The position numbers were made by a program, and so were the translations under genes. This document shows, piece by piece, positions 39,105 to 53,994 of a DNA stretch of 64,000 nucleotides (the first letter of the stretch is position 1; each line of letters begins with the position of its first letter). Source of the stretch: Octopus sinensis (taxonomy: Eukaryota); contig NC_043005.1 of the NCBI RefSeq assembly GCF_006345805.1, positions 57,164,001 to 57,228,000 of the forward strand, in the 5' to 3' direction. The notes under the pieces were generated by a model. The model saw only the letters and a list, made by a program, of their open reading frames with translations. It had not been told where the DNA came from and did no database searches.

Positions 39105-39237
39105 TACACACACACGCACACATTTTAAATTTACAGAAAGCAAAAGACGAAGACAGGGGAGAGAACAACAAGCAAATGTTTGACACTTGGGAAGAATAGA
39201 AAAGTCTTTGACGTTTTGATCCTACGCTCTTCGACTG

Positions 39238-39300
<63 letters not shown>

Positions 39301-39355
39301 TGCGTGCGCGTGTGCGTGTTTAAAAGTTCAGGATTCAAGTGAACCAGGTCCTTTA
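38118..39355. repeat. ~230-bp inverted duplication (about 38118-38345 versus 39127-39355)
   Basis: aaaggacctggttcacttgaatcctgaacttttaaa-(CA)n-atatatcagtcgaagagcgtagg...ttctgtaaattt and its reverse complement. Confidence 0.85.
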
Positions 39356-40197
39356 AATAGTAAAGCACCAAGGTCGGCTATCGCGTACAAAACAGAATTT
39401 GAGGAACATATACGTACTTACCGAAGTAAACACAGACTTATATTCCAGTAAAATAAAACTGAAAATGTCCTGAGAATCTACCAGAATTAATTAGAATTTA
39501 ATTATATTTTAAAATATAGGTATACACCTTTCCGGTCTCACACTCGATTTTCAGAAATGTATAGAAATTAATTAGCACTTCTCAAATTTCTACATTAAAT
39601 AGGTTAAATCAATTAACCTATGAGCTGTTCAAAACGTCTTACGCGATGAGAAAACTTAGTATGGTGTGATTTCGGTCCTTGCGAGGCGCTACCTATATCT
39701 ATTAAACAAAGGAAGATTTGTCTGCATCCGCACTCCAAGTTGTTGCACTGCTATGTCAACATCATAAGGCTGTAGACTCTCAAACTGCTCTGCAAACAAA
39801 GTTACGTCATCGTTCTGCGCAACAGTGAACTCGCAACAAAGCAATAGTTCGAGATATGGCCACTAGGTGACAGCACATACCTTGAGTGAAGAGCAAATCA
39901 AGGGTGCTAATTAATTTCTGACGGTAGTGTATGTCTATTTTGGCCATTGTTATAAAACTAGTTTGTTTTTGAAGTGGTAGTGTGGCTCAGAACGCTATCC
40001 ATTAGCGTACAAATTGATTAGGTCAACTTTCATATATTAAGTTTATTTGGTAGTCGCACGAGAAGATCACATAAAAGCTTTTCTTCGTGTCAAACGAGAG
40101 TCAGAAGAGAGAGCTATGAATAAGTGATTGTTTACATAAAAGTGTTATAGATAATGTTTATTATTTTGTCGAAGAATAATGTTTTCAATTAGTGTTA

Positions 40198-41456
40198 CAA
40201 TGGGGTGTCCATTAAAGATTTCCCCTGACCCACTTCCGATTGTTGCAGGAAATGGAACTTGTACAGGTATAATCATACATGTCTCTAACTGACACATTGT
40301 CAATTGCAGCTTCCCGCTAGAATTCGTTTGTCTTCTACGGCTGCTGAAGTGGACTGAGGTGTTATAATGGAGGCAGTTGTATGCAGGTCAGTGATCAGGT
40401 TCTTATACGTGAAAGATCGTACACCAAAAGAGACTCTTAATGAGATAAAAGAAGTTTATGGTGACGATATACCATTATACGACGTAGTCAAGCACTAACA
40501 TCGCCAGTTCAAATTCGGTCGGATATCTGTGGAAACTGCTCATATTCCTGAACGGCCTCATTCCGCCATTGAAGACGACACCATCCATAAAGTGGAAGCC
40601 GCTATTTTGGAGGATCGCCGCATAACTATTCAGTAACTAACCCAAGAAGTGAAGATAAGTTTAGGGTATGTGGAAAGAAATCATTCACGACCATTTGCAC
40701 ATGCAGAAGTAGTCTGCATGATAGATTCTCCAGATGCACACACCTTTTCAGAAGCAGGAACGAGTCGCTCGCTCCCAGGCTCTTTTGGTAATATACCAAG
40801 AAAACGAGGAGGACTTTTTTAGTAGACTTATCACATAGGATGAAACATGTGTCCATCACTATGATCCTGAGACTAAAGTCCAGTCGAAGCAATGGAAGCA
40901 TAACTCACCATGCCAAAGAAGGCTCGTGTCCAAACTTCAGCAGGCAAGGTGATGCTCACAGACTTATGGGACCAGCACGGAGTAGTGACGATGGATTTTC
41001 TGGCAAAGCGCACCACAATTAACAGGGCAGAAATTGCGGGATGCCATCAAAGCAGAAGGGCGGGATATGTTGACCAAAGGAGTTCGCTTCCTCCAGTTCA
41101 CGATGCGCATGTTGCTCAGATGAAAGCACACTACTGTGACTATGAAATCCTTCCTCATCTTCCTTACCTTCCCGACCTCGCACTATCTGACTTCCACCTC
41201 TTTCCAACCATGAAGTCTTTTCTGAAGGGGTAGCACTTTTCGGATGATGATGAACTTATTTCTGAGATAAAGCCTTGGCTCCAAATGCAACCTACCGACT
41301 TCTACAGACGAGGTCTTCACAGCTGCATAAAGCGATGGGAGAAGTGTGTCACCATTGGTGGTAGCTATGTTGACAAGGGGTAATAATTATGCCAAGTTTC
41401 GTTTATCCCAGTCCTTGGGAAATGGGTCAGGGAAAATCTTTAATGAACATTCTTCG
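40198..41456 (+). mobile_element. Decayed mariner transposon
   Basis: TIRs gtgtccattaaagatttcccctgaccca and tgggtcagggaaaatctttaatgaaca. DETCVHHYDP, SAGKVM and HLPYLPDLALSDFHLF motifs. Confidence 0.92.
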
Positions 41457-42220
41457 CATTCTTTTTTAACATGGTGTAGGGTAAGTAAGATAACGAGATG
41501 TGGAGTAAATAAAATAGATGATAGCTGCTACATAAATGTATATTCTTGACGGTATAAGAATCAATAATCTTTAAAGAAAATGTGAACTAATTCATTTTTG
41601 GAATAGTGGACCGCGAAGCACACATACAACTTATAAGTAATAACAAGTAAAAACGGTCGACTTTTTATATCAAATCAGGGTTTTCAAACCAATATTTACA
41701 TGCTAATATTTATAGATTTCTGTGTACTTTGAGAGCCACTGTCCCTAAAAAGAATTAGGTGCAGGTGTGGCATAGGCGCAGGCAGGGCATAGGCGTAGGC
41801 GTGGCATAGGCGTAGGCGTGACATAGGCGCAGGCGTGGCATAGGCGCAGGTGTGGTTGTGTGGTAACAGGTTTGCTTCCCAACGACATACTTTCGGGTTC
41901 AGTTCCACTGCGTGACACCTTGAGCAAATGTCTTCTACTATTGTTTCGGGTCGACCAAAAATCATATGAGTGAATTTGGTAGAGGGAAAAGGAAAGAAGC
42001 CCGTCGTATGTATATCTATGTGTGCGTGTGTATGTGTGTGTATGTGTGTGTGTATGTGTGTGCGTGTGTGTGTGTTTGTCTTTGCTTCTGTGTTTGTCCC
42101 CACCACCGCTTCATAACCGGTGTTAGTGTGTTTATGTCCCTGTAGCCTATCAGTTCGGCAATAGAGATCGATAAAATAAGTAACACGTTAAAAAGAAAAA
42201 AAACGTACTGGGGTCAATTC

Positions 42221-42569
42221 ATTATTTACATTATTTACATTTGACGGATATTTGTCCTCATCTTGTTTATTGTTAACACAACGTTTCGGCTGATCTACCC
42301 TCCAGCCTTCATCAGGTGTCTTGGGGAAATTTTGAACCTGGGTCCTCATTCCTAAGGTATTTTTTAATGTTGTTGTTGTTGTTGTTGTTGTTTTCTTCTT
42401 CTTCTTCTTCTTCTTCTTCTTCTTCTTCTTCTTCTTTTTCTTCTTCTTCTTCTTCTTCTTCTTCTTCTTCTTCTTGTTATTATTATTATTATTATTATTA
42501 AGGTCACTGCCTGGACTCGAACTCGAAATCTTGGGGTTAGTAGTCCGCGCTCTTAACCACTACGCCATA
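42221..42569 (-). mobile_element. tRNA-headed SINE carrying a hammerhead ribozyme, with a ~12-bp TSD
   Basis: Minus strand: A box tggcgtagtgg (42557-42567), B box agttcgagtcc (42513-42523), (TAA/GAA/CAA)n spacer, HHR, (tgtaaataa)2 tail. TSD tggggtcaattc (42209-42220) and tgggatcaattc (42570-42581). Confidence 0.82.
42275..42320 (-). ncRNA. Minimal type I hammerhead ribozyme
   Basis: gacac-CTGATGA-a-ggctg(gagggtagat)cagcc-GAAA-cg-TT-gtgtt. Confidence 0.88.
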
Positions 42570-43382
42570 TGGGATCAATTCGTTCGACTAAAATTCCTCA
42601 AGCCGGTGCTCCAGCATGGCCGCAGTCTAATGAGTGAAACAAGTAAAAGATAAATAGATATGCTAATGTATCTGGCCTTTTCTCATTCTTTAACATTAAT
42701 TACTCACATGGACCACCGCTAGCCGACTTAGAAATAAACAGTCATAAAAGAGATTTAATTTATGGTCACTTACATAATCACTAGAATTCTGAAGTAACAG
42801 TGTGGGGAGGTCTATGTTGACCTCATGACATCACGTAAACATTTACTACACGTCTTAGAACTTATGACGTTTATTGTCTTTCCCATCTGGCTAGAAGCTC
42901 GCACTATTGTCTTCTGTTTTTTTTTTGTTTTTTTTTTTCATTTTTTTACTTGTTTAACGACTTGTGGCTTTGCTGGAATACTCCCGTGTAGAGTTTAGTC
43001 GAAAAAATCGCCAGAGTGCACTTACTCTATCGGTATCTTTTGCCGAATTGCTATGTTACAGGAACACAAACGGACCATCAACGGTTGTCAAGTGGCAGTG
43101 AGACACACACACACACACACACATGTATGCATATGATCACATGCACGTGCACACGTGCAAACACACACACATGCTCACATACATACACAGTGCACACACA
43201 CACGCATCTACATATATGAAGGGGCTTCCATGCAGTTTCCATCTACCTAATTTACACAGTAATTGTGTGAATTTGATAGTATGTGAAGACACTTGTCCAG
43301 GGTATTGCGCTGTGGGACAAACACAAAGTCACGCACACATACAGTACATACATGTATGTATGTATGTATGTATGTATGTATG

Positions 43383-43413
<31 letters not shown>

Positions 43414-43446
43414 GTAAGTATGTATGTATGTATGTATGTATGTATG

Positions 43447-43815
43447 TCTCTTCTATTTTTTAATTATTATAAATCTTCCCCTGAGGAGGGAGCCGGTTTC
43501 CAACAAAGATACAGGGCTCCATCTTTGGGATATAGTTAACATAGATTAATTCACATTTGGAACTTGAGAAAAGTCTTGCAAATTTTTACTGTTCCACTCA
43601 CAGATTGCACTTGTACGAATTAGCCGGTCGATGTCTCTTTCTGAAAATCCCAGTTTATCCAGATTCTCCTTTAAGCTTTTATTAACAAAGCCTCGTGCTC
43701 CAATTATTATTGGTATGAATATGAATTCATAGTCCGGATATAGAAGCTGGAGGTTTCGAAGCAGTTGTCCATAGATATCTTCTTTTTCTTTGATTTTCAA
43801 AGAGATATTTTCGAC
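43447..43815 (-). mobile_element. 3' end of an RLE-type (R4/Dong-like) non-LTR retrotransposon within (CATA)n
   Basis: KIKEKEDIYGQL..YPDYEFIFIPIIIGARG resembles the K..KY..L / P..iGa.G restriction-like endonuclease motif; (TATG)n on both sides. Confidence 0.72.
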
Positions 43816-44069
43816 TGTATGTATGTATGTATGTATGTATGTATGTAGTATGTATGTATGTATGTATGTATGTATGTATGTATAGTAGTACGAGCGACAT
43901 CGTAGAACAGTGATGAACCTGCGAGATTATCTGAATGGCGCGCCAAGGAAAAATTACCTTGAAATTTTCTTTGTAGTGTCATGTTTCATGTGGCCCGCCT
44001 CTTGAAAAAGGTTACCCAAGCCTGGTATAGAGCCTACTGCATTTTGTTGTTCTTATTGTCGTTGTTGTG

Positions 44070-44372
44070 GAGGCACATGGCCTAGTGGTTAGAGCAGCGG
44101 ACTCGCGGTCGAGGGATTGCGGGTTCGAATCTCGGACTGGGCGATGTGTGTGTGTTTACGAGCGAAACACTTAAGCTCCACGCGGCTCCGGCAGAAGGTA
44201 ATGGCGAACTTCTGCGTACTCTTTCGCCACAACTTTCTCTCACTCTTTCCTCCTGCATCTTGCATCTTGCAGACCTCACCTGCGACGACGGACCCGCGTC
44301 CCATCCAGGTGGGGGAAGCTATACGCCAAGGAAACCGGGAAACCGGCCGTTATGAGCCAGGCATGGCTCGAG
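44070..44372 (+). mobile_element. tRNA-derived SINE
   Basis: A box tggcctagtgg and B box gggttcgaatct; family of 37512. Confidence 0.83.
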
Positions 44373-45009
44373 AAGTAGCAAGCAATTGTCGTTGTTGTTG
44401 TTGTTGATGGGAGTTGTTTGTTGTTGTTATTGCTGTCGTCATTGTTTCCGTTGTCACTTTCCTTATTGGTGTCATCGTCATCGTTGCCGCCGTCGCCGTC
44501 GTCTTCGCTTTCGGCCTCACTTTCACCGTCGCAGCTTTCGTCGTTGTCGTCGTCATCATCACCGTCATATCTGTCGCCACATCCTCCCCCTCGCCCATCC
44601 GTCGTCGTCGTTGTCGTTGTCCTTGTGGTTCGTGTTATCAGTGTGTCAGCAGAGGTTTCAGAAGCTAAATTCTCAACTTAAGGAAACGAAATACTTTACA
44701 ATAATCCGAAGCATATTACATATTACAAGAAGGTGGAAACAGTTAACGTATTCAGAATAAATTTATGGCGACATAATTACGAAGCAAAACTTTTAAAACA
44801 CACCTGTTGTATTTGACACCATCTTGTTCACACGTAAGTATGTAGGTTTGTATGCGCGCATGTGCGGAGTTTGACGACTGAAACTGATTAAAATCACAGT
44901 ATTTTATTACACAGTCTTTTTACGACCGATTATTAGGGTTTGTTTATAGGATGTATCATTTAATTCTTTACATAACAGTAATATATCCTTTCTATCATCG
45001 GTACAGGTG

Positions 45010-45176
45010 AAGTTGTATGGTAAAAAGTCTGCTCCGCAACCACATGGTTCTGTGTTCAGTCTCATTGCGTAACGCTTTGGGCGAGGGCCTTCTACTATAG
45101 CCGCGGGCCGACTAAAGTCTTATGAGTGAATATGGTAGACAGAAACTGAAAGATGCCCGTCACACGCGCGCGCGCG

Positions 45177-45214
<38 letters not shown>

Positions 45215-45458
45215 TATATATGTGTGTGTGCGCGCATGCGATTGTGTGGTTCTTCCACCCACCACCACCACCACCACTTGTGGACCAGTGTTGGTCTGTT
45301 TACATTTCCATAACTTAGCAGCACAGCAAAAAGGGATCAATAGAATAAGCAGTAGACTTTTAAAAAAATGTACTGGGGTTGATTCGTTCGACAGAATTCT
45401 TCAAGACGGTACCCCAGCATGACCGCAGCTTAGTGACTGAAACAAGTAAAAGACAAAA
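45010..45458 (+). mobile_element. tRNA-derived SINE, diverged (family of 46812)
   Basis: caaccacatggttctgtgttcagtc...gactgaaacaagtaaaaga. Confidence 0.72.
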
Positions 45459-45477
45459 GGTCTATCTATCTATCTAT

Positions 45478-45710
45478 ACTTCATATTGACATTTCTGTGA
45501 TTACGATCCCTATTGATCAACTTTTTTTTCCTCTCCCCTTTCCCCCCCCTTTTTTTTTTAAATCCTCCCCTTTTTTTGTCCTCTTTCTTTCCTTTTACGA
45601 TCCCTTTTGATCGAAAACCAACCCCCTCTTTTTTACCCCCAAAAGAAAAGCTCTACCTTGTAATTTGTTCTGTCTGTGTGCAGCCCTGTGTGGCTAATAA
45701 AGAAACATAT
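45478..45710 (+). mobile_element. Probable LINE 3'-UTR fragment embedded in (CTAT)n
   Basis: Pyrimidine-rich segment ending gtggctAATAAAgaaaca, with (CTAT)n on both sides. Confidence 0.4.
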
Positions 45711-45745
45711 CTATCTATCTATCTATCTGTCTGTCTGTCTTTCTG

Positions 45746-45776
<31 letters not shown>

Positions 45777-45809
45777 GTCTGTCTGTCTGTCTTTCTGTCT
45801 GTCTATCTG

Positions 45810-45876
<67 letters not shown>

Positions 45877-45881
45877 GTCTG

Positions 45882-45988
<107 letters not shown>

Positions 45989-46811
45989 ATCTCAGTCACT
46001 CTCACTCTTTCTGTATGCATCCCACTATTCTATCCTTTTTTTTATCAACCCCTTTTGGGCTTGATAAAACAAGTATCAGTCAATGTAACTGACTTACCAC
46101 CTCCTCCGAAAATGCGGGCTGTATGACAAATTTTGAAAATATTATTATATGTGTCTGGATCAGGAGGACGTGTGTTCGAAGCTCGTAGTTTTCTTGAAAA
46201 TTTGTTGTTTTATTCGTTGGTATTCAGATTTGTTATCAACCGTTAACTAAATAACCTAGCTCGCCACAAGACGGGTCATTTGGGGTGACGAGAATTCGCC
46301 CTTTAAGGGCGAATTTTGAGATTTAAAAATTGCAAATTTAATATTTTAAAACGAAAATATCAATATGGCTTCCCAAATGGAGGGAAGAGATGATAGCTGT
46401 TGGAAGTGCCACTTTGTCAATTTGTTCTCACACAACTAGTTGATGTGGTCGAGAAACGAAACGAAGACAGCAGCAGCAGCAACAACAACGACAACAGTAG
46501 CACCAACAGAAGCAGCAACAATGACGAGCAAGATATATTTAAAAATGACGGAGCCACGACCATCTCCCCCTTCATCACCACCGTCACTACGATCACCACG
46601 AACATTAATAAAACGACAATAGCGGCAGTTCTTTTTCTTAGCAAACCTAAAGGAAGATGAAGAAAATAGATTTAACAGAAAAAAACTGTTGAGCGACTCT
46701 AAGATGCACGGTCAAAGACTGACTGAAGAGTCTACCTTAACATATCGGAAGAAATGCAAGAAGACAGAAAAAAAAACCTCCATTTTATGTAGATATTTAT
46801 CATTAGAGACA

Positions 46812-47200
46812 AGGAGGAGTGGCTGTGTGGTAAGTAGCTTGCTTATCAACCACATGGTTCCGGGTTCAGTCCCACTGCGTGGCACCTTGGGCAAGTGTCT
46901 TCTACTACAGCCTCGGGCCGACCAAAGCCTTGTGAGTGGATTTGGTAGACGGAAACTGAAAGAAGCCCGTCGTATATGTGTGTATATATGTGTGTGCGTA
47001 TATGTTTGTGTCTGTGTTTGTCCCCCCAACATCGCTTGAAAACCGATGCTGGCGTGTTTACGTCTCCGTAACTTAGAGACCGATAGAATAAGTACTAGGC
47101 TTACAAAGAATAAGTCCTGGGGTCGATTTGTTCAACTAAAGGCGGTGCTCCAGCATGGTCACAGTCAAATGATTGAAACAAGTAAAAGAGTAAAAGAGTA
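46812..47200 (+). mobile_element. Full-length tRNA-derived SINE
   Basis: A box tggctgtgtgg and B box gggttcagtcc, core caccttgggcaagtgtcttctac, tail (aagagtaa)n. Confidence 0.85.
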
Positions 47201-47229
47201 AAGAGAGACTGGAGTGACTGACGCGGGCC

Positions 47230-49400
47230 CAGGTCGAAAAATGCTAAAGACCGGCCTAGGGTTTAAAATCTTATGTCACCCGTGGGAGACACTTAGGCAC
47301 AGTTGAGGTGAGATTCTGAACTGAAGAACTGGCGAAGGAAAATGCCACATACCTCGGGCGGAGGGCTGTCAAAGTAAAGGTGGTGGAGGTACCTCCAGAA
47401 ATCGACATCTCTTTGCTCGTAGCAGCCGTATCGTATGGCATACAGGACAAAGTAAAAATTCTTTAAGTTCACAAATTGGGAAAAGGAAAGTTGATCAGGC
47501 ACAGGGATGGAACTGCTTTTGCACGCTGATTTAAGAACTGCCGAAAAAATCCCTGACCTGATCAACATAACCGATGGAATACAACTACTTGTACCAGTAG
47601 AGGACAGATAACCGAGATACCACATTTGCAGCGAAATGTGTCGTATTTATGTCGTATTTAAATAGAGTATTTGTAGGTTGGTAGATACGGATAGCATAAG
47701 TAGTCCACTTTTCGGTTACACCGACCACAAATTTCTGATATGCACTATCGACTTAGACTTCGTAGGCAAGGACTCGGTTACTAGAAGCTGAACGCGTCAC
47801 TCTTGACGTGCCAAACTTACAGAGACCGCATTAGCGAATTAGTTAAGCGGCTGTTGATGGGGTCAATTGTCAACAACAAATAGTAGTTTGCCTTTAAAGG
47901 GGTAATTAGAGTAGAATCGATTAGGTTTAGTAAGGTATAAGCGATAGAAAGGAATAGAATATAGGGAAACTTATTTAGAAACTTAGAAGAGGCGCTTAGG
48001 AAAGGTATCGCAACCGACATGCTGGCAGCGAGATAGTCTCCGGACCAATTCTGCAACGCTAAGCACGAAGGATGCATTGTCAGAACTAAAACACGTTTTC
48101 TAAGGAACGAGGGAACGAAAGCCGCTCGATAGGCCCATGTGGCAGAAGTGCGTCGTTGTAACTAATCTATAATTCGGTCTTTGGTGGTCAAAATGGGATA
48201 CGGTACTCGAACCCGAGCATGTGTATGCAGCATTTCAGCAGCACTTATCCCAACTGTTTGAGACAAATGACAATCCGGAACGCAGGAAGGACATCAATAC
48301 TTACCTCGACGGCATGCCACGACTCTCGGCAAGTGGGGCGGATAGTTGCTAAATGCCGATAACAGCTGCGGAAATACGCAATGCGATGATGAGTTGTATG
48401 AAGGGGCAAATAACCTGGTTTGGATGATCTTTACTTTTATATGCCAAACTTGTTTAAAGGCCTGTTAACAGGTATCTACTGCAATTGGTAGCAGAACGGG
48501 ATAATTTCTAGTTTTGTGAGTCGCACAGTGGCGGAACTGCTGAGAAAAGACACAAATAAGAGGGTTGTGAAAGAGAAATTTAAGTCCAAAACGCTGCTGA
48601 ACGCAGATTCCAAAATTTTGACCACGGTGGTAGCAAAGAGGCTGGCGCTTGTTATGGAACTGATTGGTAGTGCGCAAACATGTGCAATTCCAAGCATGAC
48701 CATTTACGACAACCCCTACGTCATGCGATACAACATAGACACGGTGGGAAAAGAAGCTGGCATGAGTAGGGCCCTGATCAGTTTGGATCAATCTAAATAT
48801 TTTGATAGACTCGACCACCATTACTCAGTACCGTTTTCCGTGGCTGGATCGCCGCAGTGTACAACGACATCTGCACAGTAGCTCGGGTGAATTGTTACCT
48901 GTTTGGAACCATTCAACATCATGCGCTCGATCTGTCTTTTTTGTGTGTATTGACTCTAGAGCCATTACTGCGGAAATTGGAGGCGTTGAGAGCCCCACCC
49001 CCCACGTGAACTAAGACGTGTGAGAACTGTGTCGGCATACGCAGATGACGTCACTATCATAGTGTCGAACAGCAGACACACGGACCTAGTCGGCACTGCT
49101 CTAAAAGACTACGAATCGGTGACAGGTGCAAAAACTAACTAAGAAAAGTAGTGGACCTGCAGTTATGCACCTGTAGAAGTAGGTCCATGCCGTCCAATGA
49201 CGTTGTGGGACACTGGAAAGAGTGATCAGTTAACTTGCTCTGATTAACTTGAAGAGGGTGGAAATGGAAGAATGTTGCCTTCCCAGCAGTATGTTGAACG
49301 GTGGGTGAGAGACGCATCATCCGAGTAAACGAGCCTATTCTGAGTATCCACCTGTAGATTGGAGTGAGAAGATTGGGGAAGGGCACTTGCCCTGGCGGTC
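47230..49400 (+). mobile_element. Heavily decayed Tx1/L1-clade LINE
   Basis: TDHK endonuclease end (~47720), TLLNADSKIL..AKRL, QTCAIP, ISLDQSKYFDRLDH, and SAYADDVTI (~49030). Confidence 0.85.
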
Positions 49401-49424
49401 AGGGTGATTGTGGATTTTTGTGGG

Positions 49425-51750
<2,326 letters not shown>

Positions 51751-51819
51751 ATGTGTATGTGTGTGTGTGTGTGTGTGTGTGCGTTGAAGAAAAGGAGCAG
51801 GTTTGGACAGTTATTTTCA

Positions 51820-51925
51820 ATCACTACAGTTGTTTCCACACAACGTAGTTCTCCAAATATACAGGTATTTGATTATGCAACTGTTTGTTTGCATAATGGG
51901 ATTTAGTTGTGCTTCCTCGGGTGAT
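51820..51925 (-). ncRNA. Degenerate HHR with long stem II (CCGAGGA core)
   Basis: atcac-CCGAGGA-agcacaac...gttgtgtg-GAAA-caactg-TA-gtgat. Confidence 0.65.
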
Positions 51926-52260
51926 ATTCTAATGTTGTGATTAAAAAATAACTCTTCAACCGAGCTCCTTTCTCTTCAATTTTATATTCGCAAATGACAA
52001 TTACCCTAACTTAAACTTCGAATTATATAGTAAAGCTACCGGACTCTATTGGGTAATTCTGAGGGTAGACGAGCTTTATACTGTACTCTTCCACGTTCCT
52101 AACGGAATATACCATAACTATAAATATATATGTGTATACGAGTGAGTGGACAAACAATCCAAAAGTTTGATTAAAACTTCTTTTTCCAATAACTGAGAAT
52201 TAGCATCATGCTTTGAAACTTTATGTACCAAAGGAATTTCAATCAAACTGTTTTGATCCA

Positions 52261-52314
<54 letters not shown>

Positions 52315-53026
52315 AACACACACACACACACATACATACACACACACACACACAGACACATACACACACACTCTCACACACACACACGACACGACACACA
52401 CGTGTATGTGTATATAGATCATATACTGACACTCCGTCGGTTACGACGATGAAGATTTCAAGGGATCAATTCAATGGAACATGTTTTGAAAAGACACCCA
52501 CATAGATTGCATATCCGATTTGGACCACACACATGCATATATATGTACAGATAGACACCCATAGACACACACACATACATACAAACACACACATATCTGA
52601 TTTTCACTTAGCTCTTACAATTAACCGTCTGTTTAAACTCTGAATAGTATCAAAAGAATTACAGGATATACGAATAAAGAGATTTTACCCTATTCATAGT
52701 AATATAGGTTATATATAAAAGAATGCAACAAAGAAATGAAACACCACAAAAAAAAAAAACATAAAAGAAGAAACATACGCAGGATTAGGAGAAAAATGTA
52801 TAGGTCATTATCGATTAAACTTAGAATGTGGTATATCAAATTTTCACAAGCGAGAAGCAAAGATGTTTCAGAATATTTCGTTCGACGTTTCGCCAGTTAT
52901 AATTGTGTGTGCGTGCGTGTGTGTGTATGTATGTATGTATGTATGTATGTGTGTGTGTGTGTACATACATACATAAGCATATCGATATATATATATGTAT
53001 GCATGTATATGTGTACATATATGCAC

Positions 53027-53057
<31 letters not shown>

Positions 53058-53144
53058 TGTATGTATGTATGTATGTATGTATGTATGTATGTATATATAC
53101 ATATACACACATATAATAATAAATAATATACGTATATATGCATA

Positions 53145-53564
53145 TCTCTTATTATAAAAGGCAGATTTTATCTGCCTCCCTTTGGGAGTTATACAAATCT
53201 ACAATATAGGATTTCTTCAATTACAATTTACCTAGCAATTTTAAGAGTACAATGCATCGCGTCATGCCAGCTCCAGTTTTTAAAATTTAAACTCCAATTA
53301 AGCAAAATTTACAGAAAACTCACATTCTGGTGTGTGTGTCAAATGCTTTTCTTATCTCTTATTATAAAAGGCAGATTTTATCTGCCTCCCTTTGGGAGTT
53401 ATACAAATCTACAATATAGGATTTCTTCAATTACAATTTACCTAGCAATTTTAAGAGTACAATGCATCGCGTCATGCCAGCTCCAGTTTTTAAAATTTAA
53501 ACTCCAATTAAGCAAAATTTACAGAAAACTCACATTCTGGTGTGTGTGTCAAATGCTTTTCTTA
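53145..53564 (+). repeat. Tandem 210-bp duplication of a Helitron-like 5' end
   Basis: A|TCtcttattataaaaggcagattttatctgcc at 53145 and 53355; the units appear identical. Confidence 0.75.
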
Positions 53565-53994
53565 GTCTGGTTTACAGCACACGCAAACGCACACACACAC
53601 TGTGTAACGAATAAAATGAAACTAGATGTAATATTTGTTACTGTCCATGAACGCTGATAGATACATGAGTAAAATGTATGGGAAGCTACAAATAAGAGTG
53701 AGTGAAAATGTTCTTGGAAGAGAGTAAATGAGTTGAAGCTTGAGAACAATCAGATACATTTGCAACACATCTGTTGAAAATATTATTATTCACACACATA
53801 CATATACATATATACATACAGACAGACAGACAGATAGACACACACACACACACCACACACACACACACATGATCCAGCATGGCCACAACCTCAAGGCTGA
53901 AACATATAAAAGAATACAGAATATAAATGTGTGCATGTGTGTGAGAGAGAGGTGTGTGTGTATATGTATGTATGTATGTATGTATATATATATA

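Larger units (their letters stand above)
41847..42655 (+). mobile_element. tRNA-derived SINE (host), interrupted at 42220 by the HHR-bearing SINE
   Basis: Host tail gtactggggtcaattc resumes as gggatcaattcgttcgactaaa...gctccagcatggccgcag. A GGCRTA/GGCGCA hexamer array lies upstream at 41760-41850. Confidence 0.8.

Noticed and set aside
43479-43530. CTGAGGA-ggggagcc...ggctcc hairpin
   Set aside because: No GAAA or UH half; it is a 3'-UTR hairpin of the RLE element.
44350-44760. Cys/Arg/His-rich and Val-rich overlapping ORFs
   Set aside because: Degenerate (GTC/GTT/CAT)n trinucleotide low-complexity sequence.
52873-52900. Half-hammerheads (GAAA-cg-UC here; GAAA-cttcgaag-UC near 11305-11320, both minus strand)
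   Set aside because: No CUGANGA half with a pairing stem I was found; possibly truncated remnants.
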